Position numbers and translations under genes: made by a program
Shown: positions 57,910-64,000 of the stretch, one piece after another
How positions within the stretch are numbered: position 1 is the stretch's first letter
How the letters are laid out: each line of letters opens with the position of its first letter
Assembly (NCBI RefSeq): GCF_009914755.1
Contig: NC_060928.1
Source: the human T2T-CHM13v2.0 reference genome, Homo sapiens
Reading direction: 5' to 3' (one strand)
DNA: 64,000 nt
Notes under the pieces: generated by a model
Told to the model about the DNA's origin: nothing
Databases searched by the model: none
Seen by the model: the letters and a program-made list of their open reading frames with translations, nothing else

Positions 57910-58920
57910 ATGGCGAAAAAACAGAGCAGAAAAACTGGAAACTCTAAAAAACAGAGCACCTCTCCTCCTCCAAAGGAACGCAGTTCCTCACCAGCAATGG
58001 AACAAAGCTGGACGGAGAATGACTTTGACGAGTTGAGAGAAGAAGGCTTCAGACGATCAAACTACGAGCTACAGGAGGAAATTCAAACCAAAGGCAAAGA
58101 AGTTAAAAACTTTGAAAAAAATTTAGACGAATGTATAACTAGAATAACCAATACAGAGAAGTGCTTAAAGGAGCTGATGGAGCTGAAAGCCAAGGCTCGA
58201 GAACTACGTGAAGAATGCAGGAGCCTCAGGAGCCGATGCAATCAACTGGAAGAAAGGGTATCAGCGATGGAAGATGAAATGAATGAAATGAAGCGAGAAG
58301 GGAAGTTTAGAGAAAAAAGAAAAAGAAATGAACAAAGCCTCCAAGAAATATGGGACTATGTGAAAAGACCAAATCTACGTCTGATTGGTGTACCTGAAAG
58401 TGACAGGGAGAATGGAACCAAGTTGGAAAACACTCTGCAGGATATTATCCAGGAGAACTTCCCCAATCTAGCAAGGCAGGCCAACATTCAGATTCAGGAA
58501 ATACAGAGAACACCACAAAGATACTCCTCGAGAAGAGCATCTCCAAGACACATAATTGTCAGATTCACCAAAGTTGAAATGAAGGAAAAAATGTTAAGGG
58601 CAGCCAGAGAGAAAGGTCGGGTTACCCACAAAGGGAAGCCCATCAGACTAACAGTGGATCTCTTGGCAGAAACTCTACAAGCCAGAAGAGAGTGGGGGCC
58701 AATATTCAACATTCTTAAAGAAAAGAATTTTCAACCCAGAATTTCATATCCAGCCAAACTAAGCTTCATAAGTGAAGGAGAAATAAAATACTTTACAGAC
58801 AAGCAAATGCTGAGATATTTTGTCACCATCAGGCCTGCCCTAAAAGAGCTCCTGAAGAAAGCACTAAACATGGAAAGGAACAACCGGTACCAGCCGCTGC
58901 AAAATCATGCCAAAATGTAA
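57910..58920 (+). CDS. L1 ORF1p RNA-binding chaperone, uninterrupted 336-aa frame
   Basis: MAKKQSRKTGNSK...REKG...ARREWG...YPAKLS...NHAKM. Two in-frame single-codon deletions versus the 338-aa consensus. Confidence 0.85.
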   Translation: MAKKQSRKTGNSKKQSTSPPPKERSSSPAMEQSWTENDFDELREEGFRRSNYELQEEIQTKGKEVKNFEKNLDECITRITNTEKCLKELMELKAKARELREECRSLRSRCNQLEERVSAMEDEMNEMKREGKFREKRKRNEQSLQEIWDYVKRPNLRLIGVPESDRENGTKLENTLQDIIQENFPNLARQANIQIQEIQRTPQRYSSRRASPRHIIVRFTKVEMKEKMLRAAREKGRVTHKGKPIRLTVDLLAETLQARREWGPIFNILKEKNFQPRISYPAKLSFISEGEIKYFTDKQMLRYFVTIRPALKELLKKALNMERNNRYQPLQNHAKM

Positions 58921-58983
58921 AGACCATCGAGACTAGGAAGAAACTGCATCAACTAATGAGCAAAATCACCAGCTAACATCATA

Positions 58984-62811
<3,828 letters not shown>

Positions 62812-63050
62812 ACAATGAGAACACATGGACACAGGAAGGGGAACATCACACTCTGGGGACTGTTGTGGGGTGGGGGGAGGGGGGAGGGATAGCATTGGGA
62901 GATATACCTAATGCTAGATGACGAGTTAGTGGGTGCAGCGCACCAGCATGGCACATGTATACATATGTAACTAACCTGCACATTGTGCACATGTACCCTA
63001 AAACTTAAAGTATAATAATAATAATTTAAAAAAAAAGATTTGCAGAACTG

Positions 63051-63122
63051 TCTATTTAACCCATAGACTCATGAGCAATAATAAATTATTATTGCTTTAA
63101 CCAGTGGAAAACAAAACAAAAC
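63051..63122 (+). other. Foreign 3' segment with poly(A) signal and (AAAAC)n tail inside the outer TSD
   Basis: AATAAA at 63080-63085 in MLT1-like sequence (CCCATAGACTCATGAGCAATAATAAATTATTATTGCTTTAA). Tail begins at 63108, then TSD AAAACATAAGCTTGC at 63123-63137. Confidence 0.8.
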
Positions 63123-63467
63123 AAAACATAAGCTTGCAAATTTTATATTCTGTAATATTTCCATGGGCTATATAACCGCAGGAAGGGCAAACTATATCTT
63201 TATAGAATAAATTGTAGACTGGAAGAGTAATGAAAAAAACTGAGAGGAGTGTAACAAAATAATTAAAGGCTTAGAAAACAATATCCATGGAGCAACTAAC
63301 AGAATCGTATTCATCGCCTTTGGTGAAATGGCTGTTAGTGATTACAAACCGTGATTACAAAGGAAGACATGTTCTATATTGGGGAGTGACAAGCTGTTAA
63401 CTGATGCAGAAAAATCACAAAACAAGACCTGAAAGCTTTAAAAGAAATACTTATCTAATATCCCTAA

Positions 63468-63773
<306 letters not shown>

Positions 63774-63829
63774 TAAATGGGGATTTTCAAAAAGCCAAAG
63801 TCATTTATAAGAAAGGCAGTGAATTTGAA

Positions 63830-63985
63830 TGAAAAATACATTGAACCAGTTGGAAGTCAGAAGGTCTGAGTTCTCTGTGGACACTGCCGCTGCCTCACTT
63901 GTGATCCTTCATGCATCCTGTTGCCTCCGCAGATGAGCGTTTACTCATCTTCATAGTGAAATAGCGGACTAAGAGATCACCACTA
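63830..63985 (+). mobile_element. MIR remnant
   Basis: GAAGTCAGAAGGTCTGAGTTC...CACTTGTGATCCTT...TTACTCATCT. Confidence 0.5.
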
Positions 63986-64000
63986 CTCCATCAGCATGAC

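Overview
Primate (great-ape, most likely human) non-coding DNA, intergenic or deep intronic, AT-rich and roughly 40% recognisable interspersed repeats by eye. I could not identify any cellular protein-coding exon, structural RNA gene or CRISPR array, and I could not name the locus. It contains about 13 Alus (J, S, Y), several L1s, a complete THE1 (MaLR) provirus, solo LTRs (MSTB, MLT1, LTR16, LTR33), hAT DNA transposon fossils (Charlie1a, MER20, MER1A), MIR/L2 remnants, microsatellites and a 21/23-bp minisatellite. The most striking structure is at 56672-63137. A near full-length L1PA3-type element (open ORF1, dead ORF2, YY1 site lost) is bracketed by two nested perfect target-site duplications. 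Between them lie about 210 bp of foreign LTR/L1M mosaic upstream and about 60 bp downstream with its own AATAAA and A-rich tail. This is best read as an L1 mobilised with both 5' and 3' transductions, or as an L1 inserted into an orphan retrocopy. Other oddities are a twin-primed (5'-inverted) L1 with a triplicated junction, a trimeric Alu, and splice-signal candidates for an unannotated spliced transcript. Repeat subfamily names come from recalled consensus sequences and need RepeatMasker/Dfam confirmation.
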